Shown: positions 38,881 through 51,000 of the stretch, one piece after another
Layout of the letters: each line of letters starts with the position of its first letter
Position numbering within the stretch: position 1 is the stretch's first letter
Origin: Haliotis rubra
Lineage: Eukaryota
Length of the DNA stretch: 64,000 nt
Reading direction: 5' to 3'
NCBI RefSeq assembly: GCF_003918875.1
Contig: NW_025766969.1
Span: 2,790,001-2,854,000, forward strand
Position numbers and translations under genes: made by a program
The notes under the pieces: generated by a model
Databases searched by the model: none
What the model saw: only the letters and a program-made list of their open reading frames with translations
What the model was told of the DNA's origin: nothing

Positions 38881-39329
38881 GTATTGTATGTATTAGAAAT
38901 GTCCACATAAACTGTAAAATATCATCGTTACGGCTTTAATGATAAGTCAGTTTACGAGCTTTTGTTATTTAATACTGATAAAACAAAATCATCGCTAATC
39001 TTGCTGGAATTCAATTAACATTTTGGAGTAGCTGGTGCGGATGTGAATATGTTGGAAAGGTGTGGGACTGTACATTGTCTGGGGAAATGCTTCAGATGGC
39101 ATGAAACATGACGTATATTGGTCATCCGGCCTGGAACGAGTTTAAATGTATCGGGAAACGTATGACAATATATTATTTAGGGCGGTACTAAACGTTTTCT
39201 TTCAGTACATGTATATACACTCGATTAAGCGAAAGCCATTCATCATAATTACATCTGACTATTTGGAGCAGTTCAGGGGAACATATCGTGATGGTGTGTT
39301 ACTGTTATCTGGAGCAGTGCTTCAGGTAA

Positions 39330-40592
39330 TTACTTCTTTATCCTTATTGTCACTCTTCCCCAAAGCTGAATCAGTTCCTGTCGGAATCGAACACTACAAA
39401 AACTGTAGAGGATTGGGTTGGAGACAGAGTTAATGAAGTACGACCTCAGGAACACATTGTACACGATGAATCCCACTCCGTGAAGATCTTCAAAGACGTT
39501 CTTGTTCACCGCTCTAGTTACCATCAGACCCAAATGGGGAAGAAAGCTCAGCACAAATACTAGGGTGATGAGAAACAACATGGTCGTTGTCTTCTGGGAT
39601 CTCTTGTCACTAAGTGACGGTGTGAAGGTAGAGGACCGTCTTCTCCCAAACGTGGAGATCCTTCTGTTGGACTGTGATCCCAGAGTTGGTGTGCCTTCAT
39701 GCAGGCATGTGTTGTCGCTCTTACACGATTCAGTGGTTATTATTTTAGAAGTACTTTCAGAAATGTTTGAATCAGCTGAATAAGAAGACGTCATGTTTGT
39801 TTCAACTCTGGGCGACGAGCCATTATCCTCCTTCCCTCTTTTTGCGATTGATTGTTCTGTGGCTTTGTGTTTGATCTTCCTTCCAATGGTTAGATCGTTT
39901 GCAGTGAAGATATCCATACGTTTCCGCTGCCTGGCAACCCGCCGCCATATTAGACCATACAACACCGAGAGACTCAGTATACAAGACGTGAAGATTATGA
40001 ACTGACCTCCGTTGTAGATAAGGGGAAATAGTGTGTCAATATAATCGTCTGATATAGTGCAGCGTGATCCGTTGACGTGAATGTCGTCTGTAGGCACAGA
40101 TCTCGAACCGTTTACAACAGCAACCGGAAGTGAAACTATAAATGTCGTGATGGAACAGACGGTGGTTGTGACCATGGCCAAACGTGGCGTCGTCTGCTTG
40201 TCAAACGGGCAGCATATTCTCTTGTACCTGTCCACAGCTATAGCCAACAGAATGATCACTGAAGCAATAACCGAGAATGTTGTCATTAATCGAAGCAACT
40301 TACACAGTGTATACTGTCCGAATGTGTAGTTGTGTCTTATATCTGCTATTTCAACGGGGATACAGATGCTGCATGTGGCGACATCATAGGTTGCCAGCGC
40401 TAAAATATAGCATCGGAGAGCGCTTTGTTTAAATTTCAGCAGATACACATAGTAGACGAGAGAATTCCCCACGAACCCAATCAGCATCAGGATGACAAGA
40501 AACGAGATGACTGGAAAGGACTGGATGGCGTATTCGCTGTCGTAGTGACGGAGATAAAGGTCAAGGTCGTGTTGAGAGTGACTTGAGTTCAT
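39330..40592 (-). CDS. GPCR5: orphan class A 7TM receptor, ~420 aa
   Basis: GN, LATYD, VDRY, NGSRC, FVLSFLPH, NSVSNPILY. ATG MNSS is at 40592 (the track's 40601 start is GTG). Acceptor GTTTTATTCAG has its AG at 40620-40621; candidate donor CAGG|GTAAGT at 41541-41542. Confidence 0.94.
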   Translation of the reverse strand: MNSSHSQHDLDLYLRHYDSEYAIQSFPVISFLVILMLIGFVGNSLVYYVYLLKFKQSALRCYILALATYDVATCSICIPVEIADIRHNYTFGQYTLCKLLRLMTTFSVIASVIILLAIAVDRYKRICCPFDKQTTPRLAMVTTTVCSITTFIVSLPVAVVNGSRSVPTDDIHVNGSRCTISDDYIDTLFPLIYNGGQFIIFTSCILSLSVLYGLIWRRVARQRKRMDIFTANDLTIGRKIKHKATEQSIAKRGKEDNGSSPRVETNMTSSYSADSNISESTSKIITTESCKSDNTCLHEGTPTLGSQSNRRISTFGRRRSSTFTPSLSDKRSQKTTTMLFLITLVFVLSFLPHLGLMVTRAVNKNVFEDLHGVGFIVYNVFLRSYFINSVSNPILYSFCSVRFRQELIQLWGRVTIRIKK

Positions 40593-41019
40593 GTTCGGCA
40601 CTGGTGTTGGATGTCAAAACTGAATAAAACAAATATTTAAAATGTATTCAGGTAGTTATTACAACTGCATGTTTATTTGTATCATGAACAATGTGTATAA
40701 TACATTATACAAGTGGATTTGACTACAACAAAAATATATGTTAAGGGTGAAAACAGTCGCCAAAATACATAACGCAAATTTTGATACCTATATCAAATAT
40801 AGCACCATCAAATAACCATTCTTGGTACAGTTTAGGCTCCATCAAACAGTGGTGTACACTTTCTCTTGTCGGGTATATTACAAAATAGGATGAAGTCCCC
40901 GAAATACCACCAGCGATGATTATTAAATATGATATTAGCTAACATTCATAACGTACCAAGGAACAAACAATGTTTAGAACATTTGCACTTACTCATATAC
41001 AAATCGCAATTAAGCATAA

Positions 41020-41185
41020 ATGAGTGAGCGATTATGGTTTAACGCCTCTTTTAGCAATATTCCAGCAATATCACGACGGGGGACACCTGAAATGGGCTCC
41101 ACACATATCACCCATGTGAGGAATCGAACCCGGTCTTCGGCGTAACGAGCGAACGCTTTAACCACTAGGCTATCCCACCACCCCT
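41020..41185 (-). mobile_element. tRNA-derived SINE family A
   Basis: Reverse complement of the family A head and tail. Confidence 0.85.
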
Positions 41186-41880
41186 CCAGTGGGTGGAAAA
41201 GAATTCGAGATTAGATGATTTGACCCCTATCAATCAATTATTACATGATATTTTATAAAATCGAACGAAAACTATAGCTATATCTGGAGAGAATCCAACT
41301 ATTTTCCCAATATAATTAGCTGCGCTACATGCTAACAAGATTTCATGATCCAAATAGATCAAAAACACATTTTGCATCTTATAATCGGCTTGTTGCAAAT
41401 CCTGATAAGTATATGGGTGTTTTTGTGAATGTTCGTGCTCCTTTCCATCTAACTCGAGTGTATTACAAAGTGTGATTTTATTAATACTTTAAGCAAATCA
41501 AACTGATGCTGCTTTCTGGCTCATAACACACGCTTCACTTACCCTGATCGTCCCCGAAATCTTCCGTAGAGAGGAAAGCAACACACTCGCAACCAAAACA
41601 AAAGACCTCGGTGTCTAGCACACTAATAGAAAGTGTTGTTCTCTCGGGGGTAAAGTTCAGCGAACATTTCGATCGGGTTGAAAAATACTTTCTGAAGAGG
41701 CTACTTGAATGCCACCGACCGGATGTTGTATTTATTGTTCACGTGTAGATAAACATAACTTAATACACCCTGCGTAACCCTTGAAACCGTATTATTAGGC
41801 CATTGTAATTTGTACATAGATTTGATTGGATCATTTAGGAAGCCATTCTATGCTATTAGTTGGCCGGATACTAGCTGCAT

Positions 41881-42788
41881 ACTTACAAGAAATGTAGTTT
41901 GCTTACAAGAAATGTAGTTTACCTACAAGAAATGTAGTTTACTTACAAGAAATGTAGTTTACAAGAAATGTGGTTTACTTACAAGAAATGTAGTTTACTT
42001 ACAAGAAATGTAGTTTACTTACAAGAAATGTAGTTTACTTACAAGAAATGTAGTTTACAAGAAATGTGGTTTACTTACAAGAAATGTAGTTTACTTACAA
42101 GAAATGTAGTTTACTTACAAGAAATGTAGTTTACTTACCTACAAGAAATGTGGTTTACTTACAAGAAATGTAGTTTACTTAGTTTACTTGCAAGAAATGT
42201 AGTTTTACTTACAAGAAATGTAGTTTTTTACAAGAAATGTAGTTTACTTACAAGAAATGTAGTTTACTTACAAGAAATGTAGTTTACTTACAAGAAATGT
42301 GTTGAAATGTAGTTTACTACAAGAAATGTAGTTTACTTACAAGTGGAAATGTAGTTTACTTACAAGAAATGTAGTTTACCTACAAGAAATGTAGTTTACT
42401 TACAAGAAATGTAGTTTACTTACAAGAAATGTGGTTTACTTACAAGAAATGTAGTTTACTTACAAGAAATGTACAAGAAATGTAGTTTACTTACAAGAAA
42501 TGTGGTTTACTTACAAGAAATGTAGTTTACAAGAAATGTAGTTTACAAGAAATGTAGTTTACTTACAAGAAATGTAGTTTACTTACAAGAAATGTAGTTT
42601 ACTTACAAGAAATGTAGTTTACTTACAAGAAATGTGGTTTACTTACAAGAAATGTAGTTTACTTACAAGAAATGTAGTTTACTTACAAGAAATGTAGTTT
42701 ACTTACAAGAAACTTACAAGAAATGTAGTTTACTTACAAGAAATGTAGTTTACTTACAAGAAATGTGGTTTACTTACAAGAAATGTAG
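41881..42788. repeat. 20-bp minisatellite (16-bp variants), ~45 copies
   Basis: Unit ACTTACAAGAAATGTAGTTT with a recurring GTGG variant. Confidence 0.97.
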
Positions 42789-43415
42789 AGGTTACATTCT
42801 GAAATTGCTGAGTAATGTCTTTTCAGTGGAGTACATTAGTAATCAAACAACTACTACAATTTTCCTTTTGTTGTTTTATGCATGTGTGGTGTGGTAACGT
42901 CGCCTTGGTATAGAAAATATGAAAGGCCTCAACCCAATAGTACACAAAATACAAACTACTGTTTTGTCAGTGCAGGTATAGTTAGTGCATTTGAATTTCC
43001 TAAGGGTCAAATACAAAAAGGAAGTAAAGAAAAACAAATTGGAATCAGTTTTTGAATAAAAAGGTTTACTGGACATGAATATATATACACATAATCCATC
43101 ACACAGATAAAGTCGGAGAAACACTTGACTCTGTTGAATTCGTAAGCAGAAACGTTTCTTGAGATTTTTTCATAAGATAATTAGACAACGCATGACCTAA
43201 ATGACGAACGCCCGTTGGATCCAATCCTGTAGTTTGTTGGACTGACACTCACACCAGAACTGACATGCACCGAATATTGTGAAGTTAATAATTACACGTT
43301 TCGAAATCATTTCAGAATTGTAAGACTAAAGTTGTGGCTATCTATCTCCTACCTAACATATGGGCTCCTCAGAGGAAATTTCTGACAAATCTGCTGTCCA
43401 GTCGATACCTCGCTG

Positions 43416-43652
43416 GCACGTGAAGATCAGGGTTAGAATTGATCTTCAGTAATCTATTGTGTCGTAAGAGGCGACTAACGGGATAGGGCGGTCAGGCTCG
43501 CTGACTTGGTTGACAAATGTCATCGTATCCCAATTGCGTATATCGATGCTCATGCTTTTGATCACTGGATTGTTTGGTCCAGACTCGATTATTTACAGAC
43601 CGCCGCCATATAGATGGAATATTGCTGAGTGTGGCGTTAAACAACAAACCAA
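43416..43652 (+). mobile_element. SINE family B, full length
   Basis: CACGTGAAGATCAGGGTTAGAATTGATCTTCAG..GTCGTAAGAGGCGACTAACGGG..GCGTTAAACAACAAACC. Confidence 0.88.
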
Positions 43653-43798
43653 CGCCCAAAACAGTCAAAATGTATCAGGCAAGGGTTTTGTGTAATAAGT
43701 GGTAAAAACACATATCCATGCATATTTTAAATAGTTTGCTTCAACAATCCTGTTCTCCTCTTTGATTATTAAGCAGTGTACAATACAGTATTGTGTGC

Positions 43799-45037
43799 CT
43801 ATGTTCTGCGAGTTAACCCTCCAAACAGCCGTGTCACTTCAAGGCGGAACCGTTCGTTGCAGAAGCTGTAAATGATAGGATTGGATGCACTGTTGATAAA
43901 GTAGGATCTCAGAAACAAATTGTTAGCTGCTATTCCAGCTCCTGTAAGGTCGTCAAACACGTGTTTGTTGACAGCCTGCGTAGCCATCAGACCCAGATGA
44001 GGAAGGAAGCTCAAAACAAACACGAGGGTGATGAGAAACAGCATCAGTACTGTCTTATGACCTCTTTGACGCAGTGACGATGTGCCGGTAGGGGATTCGT
44101 TTCTTCCACACCTAGAGGGATGCCTGCCCGGTAGGGATGGTGTGTTACCATCTGGACATGAATCAGGTATACGTTCTGATCTTCTAGCAGGTATGTTGGA
44201 ATCACTTCTGTCGGAAGACAACAGGCTTGAATCCCATGTAACTGACGGACACTGGACATCGGATGATGAAGTATTAGGTATCATTTCGTGTCTGCTATCC
44301 ATTTCCACATTTTGTCTTATTTCATATACAGCATTCATTCGTTTCCGTTGCCTGACAACCTGCCTCCATATGAGACCGTAAAGCACAGAGAGACTGAGTG
44401 TTGAGGAGAAGAAGATGAAGAACAGGACTCCATTGTAGATGAGAGGGTAGGGCGTCCTGACGTAGTCGTCAGACGTAGAGCAGTCAGAACCATTAATATA
44501 GCCGTCGTCTGTTGCAACTGCCCTAGGACCATAGATAACAGCATTGGGTGATGAAACCACCACCGTCATAAGTGAACACACGATAACTGTAACCTTGGCA
44601 GACAAAGGCGTCATCTGCTTTTCAAACGGTCGGCATATTTTCCTATACCTGTCCACGGCTATGGCTACCAGTGTTGACGCTGAAGCAATGGCTGAGAATG
44701 TTACAAGTAATCGCAATATCTTACACAGTGTGTACGGCCCAAATGTATAGTTATGCCGTATGTCTGCGATCTCTGATGGAATACAAATGGTGACTGTAAT
44801 CAGGTCAAATGTAGCCAGTGCTACAATAAAGCATCGGGTGGCACTTTGTTTAAATTTCACAAGATACACATAACAGACGAGGGAATTCCCCACAAGCCCA
44901 ACGATCATCAACACAGCCAGAAACAAAATGGCGGGCAAGGCCTGTAGGGCGTATCTGTTGTCATAGCGACGAAGGTAAACGTCAGGGTCCTGTTGATTGA
45001 CACTGACGTTCACGTCGACCATTAACTTCATTGACAT
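43799..45037 (-). CDS. GPCR6: orphan class A 7TM receptor, 412 aa
   Basis: GN, LATFD, VDRY, NGSDC, FVLSFLPH, NSASNPIIY. Acceptor TTTTATTCTTCAG (AG at 45048-45049) lies 10 nt before the ATG; candidate donor GAG|GTAAGA at 45475-45476. Confidence 0.95.
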   Translation of the reverse strand: MSMKLMVDVNVSVNQQDPDVYLRRYDNRYALQALPAILFLAVLMIVGLVGNSLVCYVYLVKFKQSATRCFIVALATFDLITVTICIPSEIADIRHNYTFGPYTLCKILRLLVTFSAIASASTLVAIAVDRYRKICRPFEKQMTPLSAKVTVIVCSLMTVVVSSPNAVIYGPRAVATDDGYINGSDCSTSDDYVRTPYPLIYNGVLFFIFFSSTLSLSVLYGLIWRQVVRQRKRMNAVYEIRQNVEMDSRHEMIPNTSSSDVQCPSVTWDSSLLSSDRSDSNIPARRSERIPDSCPDGNTPSLPGRHPSRCGRNESPTGTSSLRQRGHKTVLMLFLITLVFVLSFLPHLGLMATQAVNKHVFDDLTGAGIAANNLFLRSYFINSASNPIIYSFCNERFRLEVTRLFGGLTRRT

Positions 45038-45617
45038 GTTTTCTATTCTGAAGAATAAAATAGGTATTTAAGTACATAAAGAAATATGTAACGGCAATGT
45101 TGATTATCAGAAAATAGGTAAGAATAAAGAGACTGAGAAAGAGTGGGGGAGGGAGAGAGTAGGGTTTGATTGGGGAAGAGGAAGAGAGAGGAACAGAGGT
45201 GAGGGAAGAGAGACAGAGAGAGTCACAGAAAGAATGCTATTTATTAATTATATCTATATAATTCAGAAACATCTATATCATTACTGTACCAGCATGATAA
45301 GATAATAATCTACTCAAAACACGGTCTGCATGTGTGTGTATCTGTCTGTCTGTCTGTAAGTGCGTTGACAGGTAAGTAGGTGGGATGGAAGGATAAATGT
45401 GTGTTATAATAAAAATATACATAAATATGAAATACAACATTATAACAGAATTATTTAGTTTATAATATTCTCTTACCTCTGTGCTTCCCTGTAAGTCTAA
45501 AAAGCGAGTTAACGTTTTATGGATACACTTTCGACCAGGATGAACTTAATTGAGGCCAATAGGAAGTTTAATGTGGCTGCCCTCGATTTGACCATTGTGT
45601 CTCTGTCATCATGGTTG

Positions 45618-46200
45618 GACCCGTGCCAAACTGGTAGGATCCGTGAAGAATTGATCTTCAGCCCCGTGTTTGTGACTTGGTTAAAACATGTCATCGTATC
45701 CCAATTGCGTAGGTTGACGTAGGTTGCGTAGGTTGACTCGATTATTTACAGACCGCCGCCATATAGATGGAATATTGTTGAGTGCGGCGTTAAACAACAA
45801 ACCAAACCAAAATACATCCCAGCATGTATCACCTATAGTCACCTACTCAATTACCCATTCAATATATTAATAAATAGGTGCTGGATACGGTCACCTGTCT
45901 TTGAACGCCTACAAGCGATCCATAAACAGATGTCCATGGTATTGTCAGGAACACGTGAAGATCCGGGTTAGTAATCAGGAAACCAAATATAAGTCATCAG
46001 TAAACCAGGGTTGTCGTGAGAGGCGACTATCGTGAACGGATGGTCTGTTCGCTGACCTGGTTGATGCATGTAATCGTATCCCAATTGCCTGCATCGATGT
46101 TCACGATGTCAGTCCCTGGATTGTCTAGTCGAGGGTTTATTTCCCCACCGACGTCATACAGCTAGAGCACTGCTGATTGTGGCGTACAAGCAACAAACAT
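45618..46200 (+). mobile_element. two rearranged or degenerate SINE family B copies (~45618-45812 and ~45951-46200)
   Basis: CGTGAAGA..GATCTTCAG heads, GTATCCCAATTGC body, GCGGCGTTAAACAACAAACC tail. Confidence 0.7.
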
Positions 46201-46699
46201 CGAGGATCTGAGATCCAATAATGGTCAAAAGGCTTCTTCAGTGTTTCTTTAGTGTTGTGCATAAACATTCAGAGTGACAAAATAAACCTCCACAACACTG
46301 TGTGAGGCGATAACTTCAACTTTCCGATAATCATCTTTCCAGCCTCGCAACATTAGAAATACACAAGAACAAGCTCTTTCCAGGAAGTTTTCAAAGAGTG
46401 TTGAGAGACTCCAGCTAAAGTTGTTTTGATCAGAGTTACAACCCGAGTAAACGTTTCAGATTGTTATATAGTTTACATGGGTCGAATATATACACATTTG
46501 ACATACAACTAGCCAAAGGTATGTCCGATACAATTCCCTATTTTGACTTGCACAAATATGGTTTCCCATGTGCGTTCAGATGAAGATTTAACATGCCTTT
46601 GCATGTGTTTTTGATGGATTCCATTGGTGGAGCTGTATAGGCTCCCCTTTCGGCGAGCTTTTGATATCATCACGAAAGTGGATTGCAATTCATTAGAAT

Positions 46700-47366
46700 T
46701 TTATCAGATTAAAGATAGTATGCAGCAGAGAGCGTTCGGGTGATCCTGGCACAGTCAGGCTGGTAAGGCTCATCATCAGCTCAGGACCCTTGCCCCCTCT
46801 ACACGCAGCCCAGACAGTGAATGGGACTTCTCCCAGGAAACACTGCCTAGTCGAACCCACCAAGAACTTTCTGGAGAATATGAAGGCTCCCCAAAACTGC
46901 AGCCTTCTGCATTACCCAGAGTGTCAGAAGGGCTGTACTGGAGAACCCGGGCACTCTCTTGATCTGCGCCAAGAGATCAGGAGGTACCAAACCAAGGGCA
47001 CCGAGAACAGTGGGGTGCCTGACGACAGTGTACTTGGGATGCAAGTGAGACATTTCAAAGGCGAGGTCCGCATATTTATCATGCTTTTCCTGAATCTTGA
47101 AATCACATTGCTTTCAAAAGGGACAGAAAATTCAATGATTTAAATACATTCATTGGCTTTATCAAAAAGGACAAGATCAGATTTGTTGGCTGGAATTCTT
47201 CTGAGGCTGTATATGGGCCTGTTCCAGAGAAGTTTGAAAAAACATCATTTTCCATGACGCCCTGGACATGTTCAGGGTCGTACCATGGATGGACCTCGGA
47301 GTCAAAGCCACAGGAATGGCGGAGACGGTAGTAAAAGCAACGAGCCATGCCATCATGTCGTTTAAG
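46700..47366 (-). mobile_element. R4/Dong-clade RLE LINE 3' fragment, duplicate copy
   Basis: Near-identical to 47396-48066, including the same stop codon and frameshifts. Confidence 0.85.
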
Positions 47367-47395
47367 ATTATTATTATTATTATTATTATTATTAT

Positions 47396-48300
47396 GTTTT
47401 ACAGATTAAAGATAGTATGCAGCAGAGAGGGTTCGGGTGATCCTGGCACAGTCAGGCTGGTAAGGCTCATCATCAGCTCAGGACCCTTGCCCCCTCTACA
47501 CGCAGCCCAGACAGTGAATGGGACTTCTCCCAGGAAACACTGCCTAGTCGAACCCACCAAGAACTTTCTGGAGAATATGAAGGCTCCCCAAAACTGCAGC
47601 CTTCTGCATTACCCAGAGTGTCAGAAGGGCTGTACTCCCGGTGGAGAACCCGGACTCTCCTAATCTGCGCCAAGAGATCAGGAGGTACCAAACCAAGGGC
47701 ACCGAGAACAGTGGGGTGCCTGACGACAGTGTACTTGGGATGCAAGTGAGACATTTCAAAGGCGAGGTCCGCATATTTATCATGCTTTTCCTGAATCTTG
47801 AAATCACATTGCTTTCAAAAGGGACAGAAAATTCAATGATTTAAATACATTCATTGGCTTTATCAAAAAGGACAAGATCAGATTTGTTGGCTGGAATTCT
47901 TCTGAGGCTGTATATGGGCCTGTTCCAGAGAAGTTTGAAAAAACATCATTTTCCATGACGCCCTGGACATGTTCAGGGTCGTACCATGGATGGACCTCGG
48001 AGTCAAAGCCACAGGCATGTCGGAGACGGTAGTAAAAGCAACGAGCCATGCCATCATGTCTTTTAAGATACGCTGTTTGTGCCAAGGAAGGGCATCCACT
48101 GACAAGGTGTTGGACAGTCTCTGTGAATTCATTACACAGTCGGCATTTCATGTTTATATTTTCTTTAAGAATCACATTTAGGCGATTGCGAGTGGGAAGT
48201 GACTGGTCCTGAGCAGCAAAAAGGAAGCCCTCAGTTTCACATTTAAGACCTGCCGACTTCATCCAGGCGAAGGAGTCGGTGGGATTGCTATTCTTGGGTC
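47396..48300 (-). mobile_element. R4/Dong-clade (restriction-like endonuclease) LINE 3' fragment with (TAA)n at 47367-47395
   Basis: ETEGFLFAAQDQSLPTRN, CCHC CRLCNEFTETVQHLVSGC, YLKRHD, KLLWN..NKSDLVLFDK, EKHDKYADL, VLGALG and MQKAAVLGSLHILQKVL; frameshifts and a stop are present. Confidence 0.88.
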
Positions 48301-49344
48301 ATTTAGCTATGTACTCGCTTGTGTTCATCTCAATTGGTATCCTAATTTTCCTTTGAGTAACCAAATAAATTGTACCCACCTTATTGAAACTCAATTGGGT
48401 ATTTTGCCATTAATCTTAAAGATATAATAAAACTTAAATGTTGGTTTACGTATTTGTTATTTATATTGATCTGTAAAATGAGAAACGATAAGAAAGTTTA
48501 TATGCTTAAATAGAACCTCTCAGTATACCTCAGTTATTTTATTTATCCACCGGTACACAAGCTAAGATTTGACATTTTTGTGTGTATACGCATGTAAGAT
48601 CAAATTTATTGAGTATTTACAAAAATTCAAGCGTACTTGTACGCAAAAGGCCTAATAGGAATTGAGGTTTCACATAAATATTTGCGTAATTTACGCAGAT
48701 ACGCAGCTTATCTGTACCTCTGCAGTGGTTTCTCAGAAAGCTTCTCCACAAATGACCGACTCTGGGCAGACTTGGTGAATGACTTCACCTGGTTTACTCC
48801 GATCGCTGTACCGTCCAGCAGTACATCGCCATCAACAACATCAACCTCAAATTTCCAACAACCTTGGCACGCTTAAAATAGCTGTGGAATTCTTTGCTTT
48901 CATCATGAGTTTTGACATGCATCACCAGAGGATCATTATTATTATAAACACCGAGTCCGACTTGCTATGAACTATGTGAACAACAAGGTGAAGGGTTTCA
49001 GAAGATGGGGTAGCCTAGTGGTTAAAGCGTACGCTCAAAGCGCCGAAGATCCAACATGGGTACAATGTGTGAAGCCATTACTCCCCATTAAACAGACATC
49101 TTGACTAAAGCTGAAGCTGTTCAAACCGGCTGTTAAACTCAGCTCACAACATAAAGACATGTCACTTTGATTAAGATGCTATTTTATTACTGTTAGATAT
49201 GCGGTATTAGTAAATAAGAGCAGTAACATGCAAACTTATTAGAATGGGTGAAAATACAGTGTGGAAACAGTCATCTAGTTCCAAACTTCTCAGACTGTCA
49301 CAGATGTCAGATGTCTTTCAACTTATATCTCACTTGCTCACTCA

Positions 49345-50582
49345 CTATTTCCTTTTACAAATCAGTCGGAGTTCGCGGCGGAACTGCTTATTAAGAAAGC
49401 CATAGATAATGGGGTTGGCAGCGATCTGCAGGTGATAGGATTTTTCTAGGATGGAGAAAAGGGAGTACTTCATGGCGAGGCGTTCGTAGTTCTGAGGGTC
49501 TCTTGACATCATTGTTGTGACTGTGAAATAGGGAACACAACTCAGGACGTACACCATCGTCACCAGAAACAACGTCAACGTCATCTTTCTGACACCCTTA
49601 TCATGTGACGCGTTCCTGACGTCACTTCCGGTTCGGACAGACATTGGCAGCGATGAATTTGTGGTTGTTGAATCATTATGGCTGTGCATTTCTGAACTAG
49701 GGTCAGATACCATAACAGAAGTTGAAGCAGTATTTATGTGAGAGGTCTCCGAACAAGGGGAAGGAACACCTACAGAGGTTGGGGTTAAATCATGTCTACA
49801 TGTTGAAGTGTCTTCAGATTCATATGTATCCTGAGACGAATTAAATTTTACACCTCCTTCGACTTGGCTCCCTTTCTTATGCTCTGGGGGACGACAAATC
49901 TCTTCCACCGGATTTGATGCTTTTAATTTCTGTATGTACTTCAATTGCTGATAGACCCGACACCAGATACAGGAATACAGAACACCAAGGGAGGTAACCA
50001 GACCGAACAACATGAAGATCCAAAAGTAAGTGTACGCCTTATAGTAGTCCTCTCTGGCTCGAAGGGGCGACAAATGGTAATATTGACATTATATCGTGTC
50101 ACAGTTTTAGGGCCGTAAATCAGTGGAGTCGGAATCATGAGCACCAGCAAGACGAGACACAAAAGTCCACAAGCCAGTTTGGCTGTATATGGCGTCATCT
50201 GCTTCTGGAAGGGTCGACAAACCTTCCTGTATCTGTCAACGGCCACTAATATTAACACCTGACCAGACGCAGTGCTGAAATATGTCACACTCGTTATCAT
50301 GAACCTACACGCCCCTGAACTGCCAAACGTTACAAAGTTTCTCATCTGAAATATTTGTACTGGACAACATACTAGAGCATTGAGAATATCCAAAAGGGCA
50401 ACCACAAGAATGAAACACCTTGTTGTGCTCGGCTTGAACTTCTTCAGGTATACATGAAAGACAACAGAATTGCCCACGAGGCCAACCACCATCATGGCCG
50501 ATATGTACACTGTAGCAGGAAGGTATCGCTGGTTGTAGACGTCGTTGAACTGATCAAGGGTGAAGTTGACAGCAGTTGCCAT
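49345..50582 (-). pseudogene. GPCR7: subgroup-2 class A receptor with a single -1 frameshift (pseudogene or sequencing error)
   Basis: ORFs 49941-50582 and 49345-50073. GGGG at 50064-50067 corresponds to GGGGG in GPCR8/9; adding one base restores ICRPLRARE and 412 aa, the same length as GPCR9. Confidence 0.92.
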
Positions 50583-51000
50583 GCCTCCTGTAGATGTGTG
50601 TCACCCGGAACTTAAATCAGAAAGTAATTGCTCTTGGTAATTGTTTTGTAAGGTTAAAAATGATATTTGAAAACATATTCATGGCCATGGATCAGTCATT
50701 GTTTTTTCAATAAAAGGAGGTTTTGTGTTTGTTCTGCAGTATTTATATGTGTTTCGGCCAGGCTCTTTCTCTCTTTGTAAACGTATCTTCTAATATTATG
50801 TTTTAGTCCTCAGTATCATTATAACATGGTTTTTTAGTGTTTTTTTAGTTTAAACATATTTTATTCACAATGTGAAAAGGATCAGGGACAATTTCTTTCA
50901 ACTTATAAAACCCCTCTCCAAAGATATTAACAATAACTAATTACATCACAAGCAGTTATTAGAAACTGAGAAAGATTGACAGTTCAGGGGCAATGATATA

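Noticed and set aside
1545-42788. Tandem arrays (1545-2385, 22307-22778, 23851-25507, 41881-42788) as CRISPR arrays
   Set aside because: Units are contiguous with no unique spacers, there are no cas genes, and the context is eukaryotic.
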